From positions 54,985-118,984 of the forward strand of contig CABYHU010000003.1 in assembly GCA_902518715.1 (NCBI GenBank): DNA of 64,000 nucleotides, written 5' to 3'. Below the pieces are notes generated by a model, which made no database searches, had not been told where the DNA came from, and saw nothing but the letters and a program-made list of their open reading frames with translations. Origin of the DNA: an uncultured SAR86 cluster bacterium. GTDB taxonomy: Bacteria > Pseudomonadota > Gammaproteobacteria > Magnimaribacterales > D2472. A program made the position numbers and the translations under genes. Below, piece by piece: positions 11,753 to 21,087 of the stretch (position 1 is the stretch's first letter; each line of letters starts with the position of its first letter).

Positions 11753-12262
11753 TCATGAAAGTCCAATTTTTTTTGATCTAATTATAAGTGGCGGTAAAGG
11801 TTTTTGGGGATCAATTCTTGAATATAAGCGCTTTCCAATCTCATCAAATGGTGATTTCATTACTTTTCCAATGCCCCCAATGGAAAAGTATAGATCTCTA
11901 GAGAAAAATATCCCTTGCTCTAAAGTTGGTATTTGGTTCATGGATAAAATAATTCCTTTTAGTTTACTAAATATCTTATTTTTATTATTAAGCTTGAACC
12001 ATCCCCATGATAATTGATTTATTAATGCCATCTTTTTTAGCGATTCTCTTGAAGACTTATTTGGGCTCGTTCCAGGTGGTAATAGGACGACTAAATTTGA
12101 TGAGGAATCTGCAATTACTTTATCTATTAATTCAACTAGCTCAGTCTCCGCATCAAAACCAATACTTGTTATATTTTCAAATGAAAACGGCTTAAAAAAC
12201 TTCAATTTCTCAAGGCGTTTGTTAGATCCTATATAAATATAATTTACTAATATCTTACTCAA
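11753..12262 (-). CDS. Hypothetical protein with weak resemblance to the C-terminal part of family-2 glycosyltransferases
   Basis: 169-aa ORF that fills the metY-ccmA gap exactly. The only upstream start is a TTG in a TTGA overlap with the metY stop; the first ATG is at residue 78. QGIFFSRDLYFSIGGIG resembles the GDQ.iF.rr..F..iGGF region of GT2-like proteins. I recall this motif from memory and did not align it. Confidence 0.4.
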   Translation of the reverse strand: MSKILVNYIYIGSNKRLEKLKFFKPFSFENITSIGFDAETELVELIDKVIADSSSNLVVLLPPGTSPNKSSRESLKKMALINQLSWGWFKLNNKNKIFSKLKGIILSMNQIPTLEQGIFFSRDLYFSIGGIGKVMKSPFDEIGKRLYSRIDPQKPLPPLIIRSKKIGLS

Positions 12263-13557
12263 ACAGATACTTTATCAAGTGCTTGTGAAAGATCATCTTT
12301 AATATCATCCAAATGCTCTAATCCTATTGATAGCCTTACATATCCAGGAGTAACTCCAGCACTTAATAACTCTTCCTCATTTAGCTGACTATGAGTTGTA
12401 CTCGCAGGATGGATGGCTAGACTTCTTGAATCTCCAATATTTGCAACATGGTAAAACATCTCGAGAGAATTGATAAATTGCTTTCCAGCTTCAATACCAC
12501 CTTTTATCTCAAATCCCATCAATCCACCACAACCACCGCTCAGGTATTTGTCAGCTCTTTCCTTAGCAAGATCAGAAGCAACAGATGGATGAGAAACTCT
12601 CTCCACCTTTGGATGACTCTTTAAGAATTTTGCAATCTCATCAGCATTTCTTGAGTGCTCTCTAATTCTTAATGCGAGGGTTTCAAGTCCTTGAATGAAC
12701 ATAAATGCATTAAATGGACTCATTGCTGCTCCCATATCTCTTAGAATCGTAGTTCTTGCTTTAAGAATATAAGCAATTGGCCCAAGAGGTTTAACAGCCT
12801 CTGTCCAAACAGCGCCACCATATGAAGGATCTGGATTATTAAGAGCAGGCTGTCTTTCTGGATGAGCTTCCCAGTCAAAATTACCGCTATCTACGATAAT
12901 TCCCCCAATAGATGTTCCATGTCCACCAATGTATTTTGTGGTTGAATGCATTGAAATGGCTGCTCCATGATCAAATGGCTTACAAATTACTGGTGCTGCT
13001 GTATTGTCAACAATAAGCGGGATACCAAGAGGCTTTCCCAAAGCTGCAACTTCTGCAATTGGAAAAACTTCAAAACTTGGGTTAGGTAGCACCTCCCCAT
13101 AATAAGCTCTAGTATTTTCATCGGTAGCTTTTAAGAAATTTTCTGGATCTGTTGGATCAACAAACCTTACCTCAATCCCCATATCAGAAAAAACATTTTT
13201 AAATAAATTGAATGTGCCTCCATACAAATGAGCAGATGCAACTATATTGTCACCATTAGATGCAAGATTCTGTATTGCAACTGTAGATGCCGCTTGACCT
13301 GAAGCAACAGCTAAAGCACCAACACCTCCCTCCAAGGCAGCAATTCTATCTTCAAGAACTGCAACAGTTGGATTCATTATTCGTGAATAAATATTACCAA
13401 GTTCTGATAAAGCAAATAAATTAGCTGCATGATCACAATCATCGAATTGGTAACTAGTCGTTTGGTGAATAGGGACTGCTACAGAGTTTGTATTTTCATC
13501 TTTTCTCCAGCCAGCATGAAGACCAATGGTTTCTGGATTAGTATAATTTTTTGACAT
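12259..13557 (-). CDS. metY: O-acetylhomoserine (thiol)-lyase / sulfhydrylase, PLP-dependent
   Basis: 432 aa Cys/Met-metabolism PLP enzyme with Lys context HSTTKYIGGHG and GNIGDSRSLAIHPASTTH. Confidence 0.9.
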   Translation of the reverse strand: MSKNYTNPETIGLHAGWRKDENTNSVAVPIHQTTSYQFDDCDHAANLFALSELGNIYSRIMNPTVAVLEDRIAALEGGVGALAVASGQAASTVAIQNLASNGDNIVASAHLYGGTFNLFKNVFSDMGIEVRFVDPTDPENFLKATDENTRAYYGEVLPNPSFEVFPIAEVAALGKPLGIPLIVDNTAAPVICKPFDHGAAISMHSTTKYIGGHGTSIGGIIVDSGNFDWEAHPERQPALNNPDPSYGGAVWTEAVKPLGPIAYILKARTTILRDMGAAMSPFNAFMFIQGLETLALRIREHSRNADEIAKFLKSHPKVERVSHPSVASDLAKERADKYLSGGCGGLMGFEIKGGIEAGKQFINSLEMFYHVANIGDSRSLAIHPASTTHSQLNEEELLSAGVTPGYVRLSIGLEHLDDIKDDLSQALDKVSV

Positions 13558-13707
13558 TTAATGTCTCCCTAAAGTTGAATATGTGTAGATTTTACTTCAT
13601 TTGAAAAGCATTTAATATTACAAATCTTAAAATAGAAGAAAATATATTAAAATTTTTTAAATCTTCAAATGATGGAGTATGATAGCAATTAAAAATAAAG
13701 GTTAATC

Positions 13708-14112
13708 ATGGCAAGAAAATATGTAAATTTTAGAGTTGGGGGTTCCCCATATAAAGAAACAGATGCTTATACCGTTTGGACAAATGATCTCCTTGGTAAA
13801 GTGATAGCAAGTAAAACTATTATTCAACCAGGTCAGTCAACAGAGGGTCATAAGCTTATAGATTCTGATGTTGTCTACGTCGTTGTGAATGGTCGCGGAA
13901 GAATGGAAGTTGTTGAATATATGAATTCTGAGGAAGGTCACGGCGGTGATCCATCTTATGGTGTCGAGCATCAAGATTCATATGATTTAGTTGCTGGAGA
14001 TGTAATTCTTGTTCAGTCAGGAGATTACGTTAAAGTATCAAATAAATCAGAGTATGATCAATTGGCTTATTTAAGAATCTTCGATCGTGAAGGTTGGCGT
14101 GATAAAAAATAA
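13708..14112 (+). CDS. Cupin-fold protein
   Basis: 134 aa. Cupin motif spacing is preserved: G-QSTEG-H-K-L-IDS-D-VVYVVV-N-G and G-DVILV-Q-S-G-DY-V-KVS-N. Confidence 0.6.
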   Translation: MARKYVNFRVGGSPYKETDAYTVWTNDLLGKVIASKTIIQPGQSTEGHKLIDSDVVYVVVNGRGRMEVVEYMNSEEGHGGDPSYGVEHQDSYDLVAGDVILVQSGDYVKVSNKSEYDQLAYLRIFDREGWRDKK

Positions 14113-14917
14113 GAAAAATCTATTCTTTCTCAGCGTTGTTTTTCTTTTTAATATTGATACATACGCTGATAAAAATTTAGAATCACTGATGTCTGTTCTT
14201 TACTCTCAGACATCTGGTGAGATTAAAGCTACTTTTGTTCAAACGTATAACACCGCGACTCAACTTCTGGATAAAGCTATTAATACTCGAGATTGGGATG
14301 CAGTTATTGAATCTAAGGGTAAGTTGAATAGATCGCCCGCAATAATCTTAGATGTTGATGAAACTGTTTTAGACAATACTCCATTCAATGCAAGATCTAT
14401 CATGAATCATACCAACTATCCTGAGGGATGGGATGTATGGATATATGAAGAAAAAGCAACTTTGATTCCTGGGGTTAAAGATTTCTTGCTGAGCGCTCAA
14501 AAAAAAGGTGTAAAAATCTTTTATGTTACTAATCGAAGAACTGTTTATGAAGAAGCTACAAAAAATAATATTAAAAAACTTGGGCTGCCATTTGATGATG
14601 ATGTTGATGTGCTCCTAACTCGGGGTGAAAATGGTTGGGGTTCAAGTAAAGCCTCAAGAAGATCATATGTTTCTGAAAATCACAGAGTGATAATGATGTT
14701 TGGTGATAACCTTAATGATTTCTTTGATCTTCCAGACAAAGCTGATTATGTTTCTAGAAAAGAGTCTGTTCTTGAATATGAGAACATGTGGGGTAAGAAG
14801 TGGTTTATGCTAGCCAACCCTGTCTATGGCCATTGGGAACAATCTATATATGGATTTGAAATACTTGATGAAGAGTCAAGAACAAAAGCAAAATTAGAAA
14901 ATATTAGAGTTAATTGA
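14087..14917 (+). CDS. Class C acid phosphatase / 5'-nucleotidase e(P4)-family (HAD), secreted
   Basis: Motifs LDVDETVLDN, FYVTNRR and FGDNLNDF, plus a signal-like N-terminus. The start is uncertain: GTG at 14087 or GTG at 14099. Confidence 0.8.
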   Translation: MKVGVIKNKKNLFFLSVVFLFNIDTYADKNLESLMSVLYSQTSGEIKATFVQTYNTATQLLDKAINTRDWDAVIESKGKLNRSPAIILDVDETVLDNTPFNARSIMNHTNYPEGWDVWIYEEKATLIPGVKDFLLSAQKKGVKIFYVTNRRTVYEEATKNNIKKLGLPFDDDVDVLLTRGENGWGSSKASRRSYVSENHRVIMMFGDNLNDFFDLPDKADYVSRKESVLEYENMWGKKWFMLANPVYGHWEQSIYGFEILDEESRTKAKLENIRVN

Positions 14918-15899
14918 TCTTTATTTCTGCCACGATAGGCAGATGGTCTGAAATACCCTTACCTGTTAAGATGCCAAAATTTCTTGGTTTACCATCTTTG
15001 GTATCAACATTTATTTCATTTTGTAAGACATATGAGGTTTTTAAACTCATCTTTTTGTTTTTTGGAAAAACAATTGCATCTAAAAAACTCCAGGTACCAT
15101 CCTGGCTGTAGAAGAAAGTACCTTTACATTTTTTACATCCATCAAGATGCGACACATACCAATCATTATTAAGTTGGGAATAAATACCCAGATCTTTTTC
15201 CTCTTGAGATGTGATATTAAAATCTCCTAAAGCAATCCACTTGTCATCATGAGAATTCACAATCGCATAAAGGTTATTTAATGCATCAATTCTTGAATTA
15301 GCACTGTTGTATGGAGCGGGAAAATGGACTACATAAACTCTTATGATTTCATTATCCAGACCTAGTTTCACCTCAAAAATTGGTCTCGAGCTTGTTACCT
15401 CAACAGAATCTGAGAATCTAATCTTAAAATTTCTGGCGCCATAAATTGGATGCTTTGAAATAATGGCATTATCAATTCCTCTATAGTCTTCGCCTTCGAT
15501 TAGAGCAAAATCTGTATATCCAAGAGCTTCTATTTTACTAAAGAGCATTCGAAGGACATTTAAGTTTTCAATTTCTTGAATTGCGATAATATCTGGTTGA
15601 GATTCCCCCATAGAAATTAATAGATCTGAAATATTGGAAATCTTTTTTTGTACTACCTCCTCACTCCAATCTAAGAATAAGCATTCATTTCTCCACTTAG
15701 AGTTATTAACTTGAAGGCATCCCATAATATGATCATCATTGTTTTTAAGTGCAATAGGTAAATAAGCTTTATCATCTTTTCCAACGTCATCCTGAGCATC
15801 AAATAAATTATTTAGATTGTAGGACATAATGGAAATCTGCTCAGCTGAAATAAAATATGAAAAAGATAAAGCTAGTAATAAAAAAAACCTAAAAATCAT
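14910..15899 (-). CDS. Endonuclease/exonuclease/phosphatase (EEP) family protein, secreted
   Basis: 329 aa with a signal peptide. MSYNLNNLF, IIAIQEIE, LGDFN and SDHLP are typical EEP catalytic motifs. Confidence 0.8.
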   Translation of the reverse strand: MIFRFFLLLALSFSYFISAEQISIMSYNLNNLFDAQDDVGKDDKAYLPIALKNNDDHIMGCLQVNNSKWRNECLFLDWSEEVVQKKISNISDLLISMGESQPDIIAIQEIENLNVLRMLFSKIEALGYTDFALIEGEDYRGIDNAIISKHPIYGARNFKIRFSDSVEVTSSRPIFEVKLGLDNEIIRVYVVHFPAPYNSANSRIDALNNLYAIVNSHDDKWIALGDFNITSQEEKDLGIYSQLNNDWYVSHLDGCKKCKGTFFYSQDGTWSFLDAIVFPKNKKMSLKTSYVLQNEINVDTKDGKPRNFGILTGKGISDHLPIVAEIKIN

Positions 15900-15900
15900 T

Positions 15901-16668
15901 TTAAATAATACCTGGAATGACTGCCTTTCTTCCTTGAGGATAGTCCTCTATATTTTCATTACACCACTTATGATTAGAAATTCCTCTTGGTATGAGATTT
16001 GCAGATGTCCATATAAAGAAAGCTAATCCGGATGGACTTAAACTAGATATGGTCCATCCAAGCCACTCTAACATCTCTCCAAAGTAGTTTGGAGCAGATA
16101 TCTTTTCATACAGGAATCCCCTTGGAATATGATATCCAGGTCCTTTAGCTTTTCTCAAATTAATAAGCATATAGTCAGATCTAACATTTATATAGAATCC
16201 AGCTACAAAGATTAATATTCCTAAAATAAATGGAAAACTTATAAGCCAACTGTTTTCATAATTTGCAATAAAAAGAATCCAAGTACACTGAAAAAGGACA
16301 TTAAAAATGTTAAAAACAAATGCTAAAAAAGCCACAAAAACAGGCATCTTTTTACCATCCATTTCAGCAAAGAAAGGCCAAATTAAGGTCCTATGGAAAT
16401 AATGAAAAATATAAATTAATACAAAAATTAAAGAAACAAGGGTTAGATTTTCCATAAAAAATATACAGATACCTCCTATAAGGAATACTGAAGGTGACTC
16501 CATAATTATCCAACCCCATCTTGCATCCATTGAGGGTCCCCAATTAGTGCTTGCATGTCGGCCATATGGAGCAGTTACGAAAAAAAGATAGCAAAAAGTG
16601 ATTACTGCTATGGAAATCCAAATACCTAAAAGCAGATAAAAGTTACTAGTAAATAAATCAAATACCAT
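15901..16668 (-). CDS. Steroid 5-alpha-reductase-like (3-oxo-5-alpha-steroid 4-dehydrogenase family) membrane protein
   Basis: 255 aa polytopic protein with the C-terminal family motif GFLYEKISAPNYFGEMLEWLGW. Confidence 0.75.
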   Translation of the reverse strand: MVFDLFTSNFYLLLGIWISIAVITFCYLFFVTAPYGRHASTNWGPSMDARWGWIIMESPSVFLIGGICIFFMENLTLVSLIFVLIYIFHYFHRTLIWPFFAEMDGKKMPVFVAFLAFVFNIFNVLFQCTWILFIANYENSWLISFPFILGILIFVAGFYINVRSDYMLINLRKAKGPGYHIPRGFLYEKISAPNYFGEMLEWLGWTISSLSPSGLAFFIWTSANLIPRGISNHKWCNENIEDYPQGRKAVIPGII

Positions 16669-16889
16669 TACAATTCCTCTGGAACTGGATCATATCCACA
16701 CTCTCCTCCTGGTCTGCACTTTAAAATTCTTTTAAAACCTAAAATGATCCCACTGAAAGCGCCAAATCTCTTTATAGCTTCTATAGTGTAAGCCGAACAT
16801 GTTGGGTGGAACCTACAATTGCTTCCAAGCATTGGCGAAAAAAACTTTTGATAAATCTTGATTAATGCAATAAAAAACTTGCCAATCAT
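16668..16889 (-). CDS. yidD: Membrane protein insertion efficiency factor YidD
   Basis: [34 protein letters not shown]. The track start at 16907 is TTG. The ATG at 16889 lies 1 nt after the thrS stop and is preferred. Confidence 0.9.
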   Translation of the reverse strand: MIGKFFIALIKIYQKFFSPMLGSNCRFHPTCSAYTIEAIKRFGAFSGIILGFKRILKCRPGGECGYDPVPEEL

Positions 16890-16890
16890 T

Positions 16891-18825
16891 TTATTTATTT
16901 GGTGCAAGAGATTCTTGTACTACTGAAGTAGTAAAATCATCAAGGGATAATATAGATGTATCATCACTGCCAAGCCTTCTTATTGAAACAGTTCTTTCTG
17001 AAACCTCTTTTTTTCCAACAGCGATAATTATCGGTACTTTCGAGACGCTATGTTCTCTGACTTTATAGCTAATTTTCTCATTTCTTAAATCTGAATTACA
17101 TCGAATATTTTTACTGCTAAGTTTTTCTGATATTTCTTTTACATAATCATCAGCCTCATCTGTAATTGAACAAACAGTTACTTGAGTAGGAGCAAGCCAT
17201 AAGGGAAGATTCCCACTATAGTTCTCAATTAAAATACCTATAAATCTCTCAAAAGACCCCAGAATCGCTCTATGAAACATAACTGGATTATATTTATTCC
17301 CATCCTCTGCAACGTATTGAGCATCTAGGCGATCTGCTAGATTGAAATCTAACTGAAGAGTTCCACATTGCCACTTTCTTCCAATGGCATCTGTTAGTAC
17401 AAAATCTAATTTTGGACCATAAAATGCTCCATCTCCTTCATCTATCCTATATTCCAATCCAAGTTTTTCGATTGCATTTTTTAGAGACAATTCAGCTTTG
17501 TCCCAAATCTCATCAGATCCAACTCTTTGTTCTGGGCGTGTTGATAGCTTAATTTCAAATTCATTAAACCCAAGGTCAGTATAGACCTTCGATAATAAAT
17601 CTATAAAAATAGCTGTTTCCGACTCGATTTGATCTTCTGTAAGAAAAATATGCCCATCATCTTGTGTGAATCCCCTAACTCTCATTAGTCCATGCATGGT
17701 CCCCGATGCTTCATATCGATGACATGAACCAAATTCACATAACCTAAATGGTAGTTCTTTATATGATCTTATGCCTTGGTTATAAACTTGAACATGTCCG
17801 GGGCAATTCATGGGTTTCAAAGCATTTACTCTTTTCTCATTTGCATGCTCCTCATCGATCTCAGTGATAAACATGTTTTCTCTATACTTATCCCAATGTC
17901 CTGATTTTTCCCAAAGCTTCCTATCTATCACTGATGGAGTATTAATTTCTTTATAATCAGCTTTCTTCTGCATATCTGACATATAAGATTTTAAAGTTGA
18001 GTAAATAGTCCAACCTTTTGGATGCCAAAAAACCATACCTGGAGCTTCATCTTGGAAATGGAAAAGATCCATATCTTTTCCAATCTTTCTATGGTCTCTT
18101 TTTTCAGCTTCCTCAATAGATTTTAGATGCTCTTGAAGCTCTTTTTCATTTCTCCATGCTGTTCCATAAATTCTTGTAAGCATTTCATTTGAGGAATCTC
18201 CCTTCCAGTATGCTCCAGAGACTTTAGTAAGTTTAAATGCCCCAATAAAAGAGAGATTTGGTAAATGAGGTCCTCTGCATAAATCAATAAAATCTTCATC
18301 AGCATTTGTATAAATCTGAAAATTATCAGTTTGATCTGCATCATCTATAATTTCTACCTTGAGAGACTCTCCTTTCTGTTTAAACATTTTTTTTGCATCT
18401 TTTTCGGAGTGAAGTGATTTAACAATATTAGACTTATTTTCTAATATCCTTTTCATTTCATTTTCTATTTTTGGAAGATCTTCAACCGATATAGGTGTTT
18501 TAGTAGAAACATCATAGTAAAAGCCGTTTTCAATTGTAGGCCCTATAGCCAATCTAGAATCCGAATATAAATTCTTTATGGCTTTTGCTAGAACCTGGGC
18601 TGTCAATGTATGTCTCATTATCTCTAATCCCTCGTCAGATTGGATAGTAATGATAGAGACAGAAGAGTTATCAGGAAGTTCGTCTAGGAGGTCTCTCTGC
18701 TCACCATTCACGACAACTGCAACAGCACTTTTAGCAAGTCCAGCGCCTATTGATTTAGCAAGATCTAGGCCATTTGAGCCCTTTTCAAGTTCCTTTACTG
18801 ATCCATCCGGTAAATTAATTTCCAT
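16891..18825 (-). CDS. thrS: Threonine--tRNA ligase
   Basis: 644 aa with TGS, editing, class II core ([26 protein letters not shown]) and anticodon-binding domains. Confidence 0.97.
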   Translation of the reverse strand: MEINLPDGSVKELEKGSNGLDLAKSIGAGLAKSAVAVVVNGEQRDLLDELPDNSSVSIITIQSDEGLEIMRHTLTAQVLAKAIKNLYSDSRLAIGPTIENGFYYDVSTKTPISVEDLPKIENEMKRILENKSNIVKSLHSEKDAKKMFKQKGESLKVEIIDDADQTDNFQIYTNADEDFIDLCRGPHLPNLSFIGAFKLTKVSGAYWKGDSSNEMLTRIYGTAWRNEKELQEHLKSIEEAEKRDHRKIGKDMDLFHFQDEAPGMVFWHPKGWTIYSTLKSYMSDMQKKADYKEINTPSVIDRKLWEKSGHWDKYRENMFITEIDEEHANEKRVNALKPMNCPGHVQVYNQGIRSYKELPFRLCEFGSCHRYEASGTMHGLMRVRGFTQDDGHIFLTEDQIESETAIFIDLLSKVYTDLGFNEFEIKLSTRPEQRVGSDEIWDKAELSLKNAIEKLGLEYRIDEGDGAFYGPKLDFVLTDAIGRKWQCGTLQLDFNLADRLDAQYVAEDGNKYNPVMFHRAILGSFERFIGILIENYSGNLPLWLAPTQVTVCSITDEADDYVKEISEKLSSKNIRCNSDLRNEKISYKVREHSVSKVPIIIAVGKKEVSERTVSIRRLGSDDTSILSLDDFTTSVVQESLAPNK

Positions 18826-18860
18826 ACAAATATCTAATTTTTTACACCATTTTAATAGTA

Positions 18861-19808
18861 TTATTCAATTAATCCATCAATATCGTATTTTGATAAAAAA
18901 TTCCAAACAGTCGTAGACGCTTGAAGATCATGATTATTAAGATTCGGCCAGTTGTGACCCATATTAGTCATCAAATATAGTTCTACATTAGTTTGATTGT
19001 CACAACCTGAATATACATCATGAATTCCTCCACCATTATTTCCAGAGATTTCAGATGTATCAGACTCTAGTGAGCAGTTATTAATGTTAACCCAATAATT
19101 CATAACCTCTTCAATGGGCTTGCTAAATCCGTTCCCATCATAATTTACAACGGAGTCTTGCAAACCATGAATTTGCGCCACTGAAGTTGGGTGAGTTGGA
19201 TTACAGCCATCTAAGGTTTCACTGGTCATAGATCCCGTCACTGATACAACTGCTGCAATCCTTGAGCTCAAATCACATGCAAGCTTATAACTCATATAAC
19301 CACCATTAGACATCCCAGTTGAGTATATTCTCTTAGAATTTATTGAATATTCATTATTTAAAAAGTTTATAACTGCATTTATGAAACCAACATCATCTGT
19401 TGTGCTGCTCGTTGTCCAACCACCTACATTCCAATGCGTCTGACCAGTGGCTGGTAAACGAGTTCCTTGAGGGTATATAACTATGAGTCCTGCATCATCA
19501 GCAATAGATTGAAATCCACTATAGTTCATAATCCACAACCCTCTGCTTGTATAGCCATGCAAAACAAAGAGCACTGGCGCATTGCTCTGATATCCACTTC
19601 CCTCATATACATAAAACTGTCGCACAATATTATCGTGAACAATTGTGCAATTTAGTGTTGAGCCGTTTCCATTATTTGATTGATAAGCTGAGCAAGATTG
19701 TCCAGCACTATTATCTTGTCCGGGATCAATTTCTATATCGGTACTTGATGATCCTCCTCCGCATGCTGAAATGATAAAAAGAACTCCAAGAAAGCATATT
19801 GGTCTCAT
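18861..19808 (-). CDS. Lipoprotein esterase, PHB-depolymerase/LpqC (CE1-like) family
   Basis: 315 aa with lipobox IISAC followed by GGGSSS. Motifs VLFVLHGYT, nucleophile elbow GMSNGG, IHGLQDS and MGHNWP. Confidence 0.75.
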   Translation of the reverse strand: MRPICFLGVLFIISACGGGSSSTDIEIDPGQDNSAGQSCSAYQSNNGNGSTLNCTIVHDNIVRQFYVYEGSGYQSNAPVLFVLHGYTSRGLWIMNYSGFQSIADDAGLIVIYPQGTRLPATGQTHWNVGGWTTSSTTDDVGFINAVINFLNNEYSINSKRIYSTGMSNGGYMSYKLACDLSSRIAAVVSVTGSMTSETLDGCNPTHPTSVAQIHGLQDSVVNYDGNGFSKPIEEVMNYWVNINNCSLESDTSEISGNNGGGIHDVYSGCDNQTNVELYLMTNMGHNWPNLNNHDLQASTTVWNFLSKYDIDGLIE

Positions 19809-19814
19809 AAATAT

Positions 19815-21086
19815 CTAGTTTATCAGTCCATTAATATCATACAAAGATAAGAATTCCCAGATGAATGTAGCTCCATCTATATCTGCACCCCCACCCTTAT
19901 CAGAATCTGATGCAGGCCAACTGTGGCCAAAATTTTCTAAATACGTAAAATTTATGCTAACTCCATCTTGGCAACTTGTTGCAATTTCTGAATACCAAGA
20001 ATATCCATCTCCATTTGAATCTTCACCATCAACAATAATATTTTCAGAACACGAGTTGAAAGAACTCCAATAATTACTTACAAGCTGAAGAGGGGTTACA
20101 TAATCGCCGCCCTGAACCGGGATCCATGAATCATCAAGTCCGTGCACATGAATAACTGGCATAGGTCTTTGGGGATCACAAGAATCATAATCTTCTGGGG
20201 ATAGAGATCCTGATACTGGAGCAACTGCAGCAACTTTATTGCTCAGAAAACATGCCATTGTATAAGCCATAAATGCACCATTAGAAAATCCTGATACATA
20301 TACGCGGCTGGGATCAATAGCTAATTCTTCAATAGAATAATCAATTAATTTCTCAATAAAAGAGACATCACAAACTTCAATGTTTGAACAATCTCCGCCT
20401 GCATACCAACCAGTATCCCCCTTTCCTTCAGCAACTGTTCCTTGGGGAAATATAAGGACAAAGTTATTTTCATCATTTATTTGCGTAAATCCAGTATATT
20501 CCATATTTGCATCTGCGTAATCTGCACCACCATGAAGACTAATTAGAAGTGGATAACTCTGATCTAAAGAGTGACTTTCTGGAAAAACTACGTAAAATTC
20601 TCTTTCCAAGTTTCCCGAATCTATTGTGCAATATGAGGTAGATTCTGATTGATCACTGCATACAGCAGGTGAATTATTACTACCATCATCACTTTCATCA
20701 TTTGTAATATTCACTACAAAATCATAGTTGCTTGAATATAAGCTACCATCGAATGCTCGAATTACTAATTCATATGAGTTATCAAGATTTGTATCAGATG
20801 GATTTTCATAATCAGGCGAAGACAAAAATAATACTTGTCCTGAATTATTAATGGTGAAAGAGCTTTGATCTGAGCCTCCAGTAATTTGAAAAGTAATACC
20901 ATCGCCATCAGGATCAGAGGCTTCCAAAACAAATGCCAAATTTTGATTTTCCAGAACACTGAATGTAAATGTGTTATTTGTTATTGTTGGTGGACCATTT
21001 TGGGTAACTTCGATACTACCTCCACCACCTCCTCCTCCACAAGCGGAAAGAAGGAATAAAAATAAAAAAAGATAAATTTTATTCAT
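19815..21086 (-). CDS. Lipoprotein: cadherin-like domain plus PHB-depolymerase/LpqC-family esterase
   Basis: Lipobox LLSAC plus a Gly7 linker. Cadherin-like repeat (FSVLENQ...ASDPDGDGITF...SPDYENP...YELVIRAFDG). Esterase motifs LLISLHGG, GFSNGA, VHGLDDS and FGHSWP. The ATG at 21086, 1 nt after the upstream stop, is preferred over the track start at 21110. Confidence 0.75.
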   Translation of the reverse strand: MNKIYLFLFLFLLSACGGGGGGGSIEVTQNGPPTITNNTFTFSVLENQNLAFVLEASDPDGDGITFQITGGSDQSSFTINNSGQVLFLSSPDYENPSDTNLDNSYELVIRAFDGSLYSSNYDFVVNITNDESDDGSNNSPAVCSDQSESTSYCTIDSGNLEREFYVVFPESHSLDQSYPLLISLHGGADYADANMEYTGFTQINDENNFVLIFPQGTVAEGKGDTGWYAGGDCSNIEVCDVSFIEKLIDYSIEELAIDPSRVYVSGFSNGAFMAYTMACFLSNKVAAVAPVSGSLSPEDYDSCDPQRPMPVIHVHGLDDSWIPVQGGDYVTPLQLVSNYWSSFNSCSENIIVDGEDSNGDGYSWYSEIATSCQDGVSINFTYLENFGHSWPASDSDKGGGADIDGATFIWEFLSLYDINGLIN

Positions 21087-21087
21087 A

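Noticed and set aside
13558-13707. The 150-bp spacer upstream of metY, considered as a possible SAM riboswitch (SAM-II/SAM-V elements precede metY in some marine bacteria).
   Set aside because: The leader is almost pure A/T, and I could not build a convincing stem or pseudoknot by eye. It cannot be excluded without a covariance-model scan (Infernal/Rfam), which would be the decisive test.
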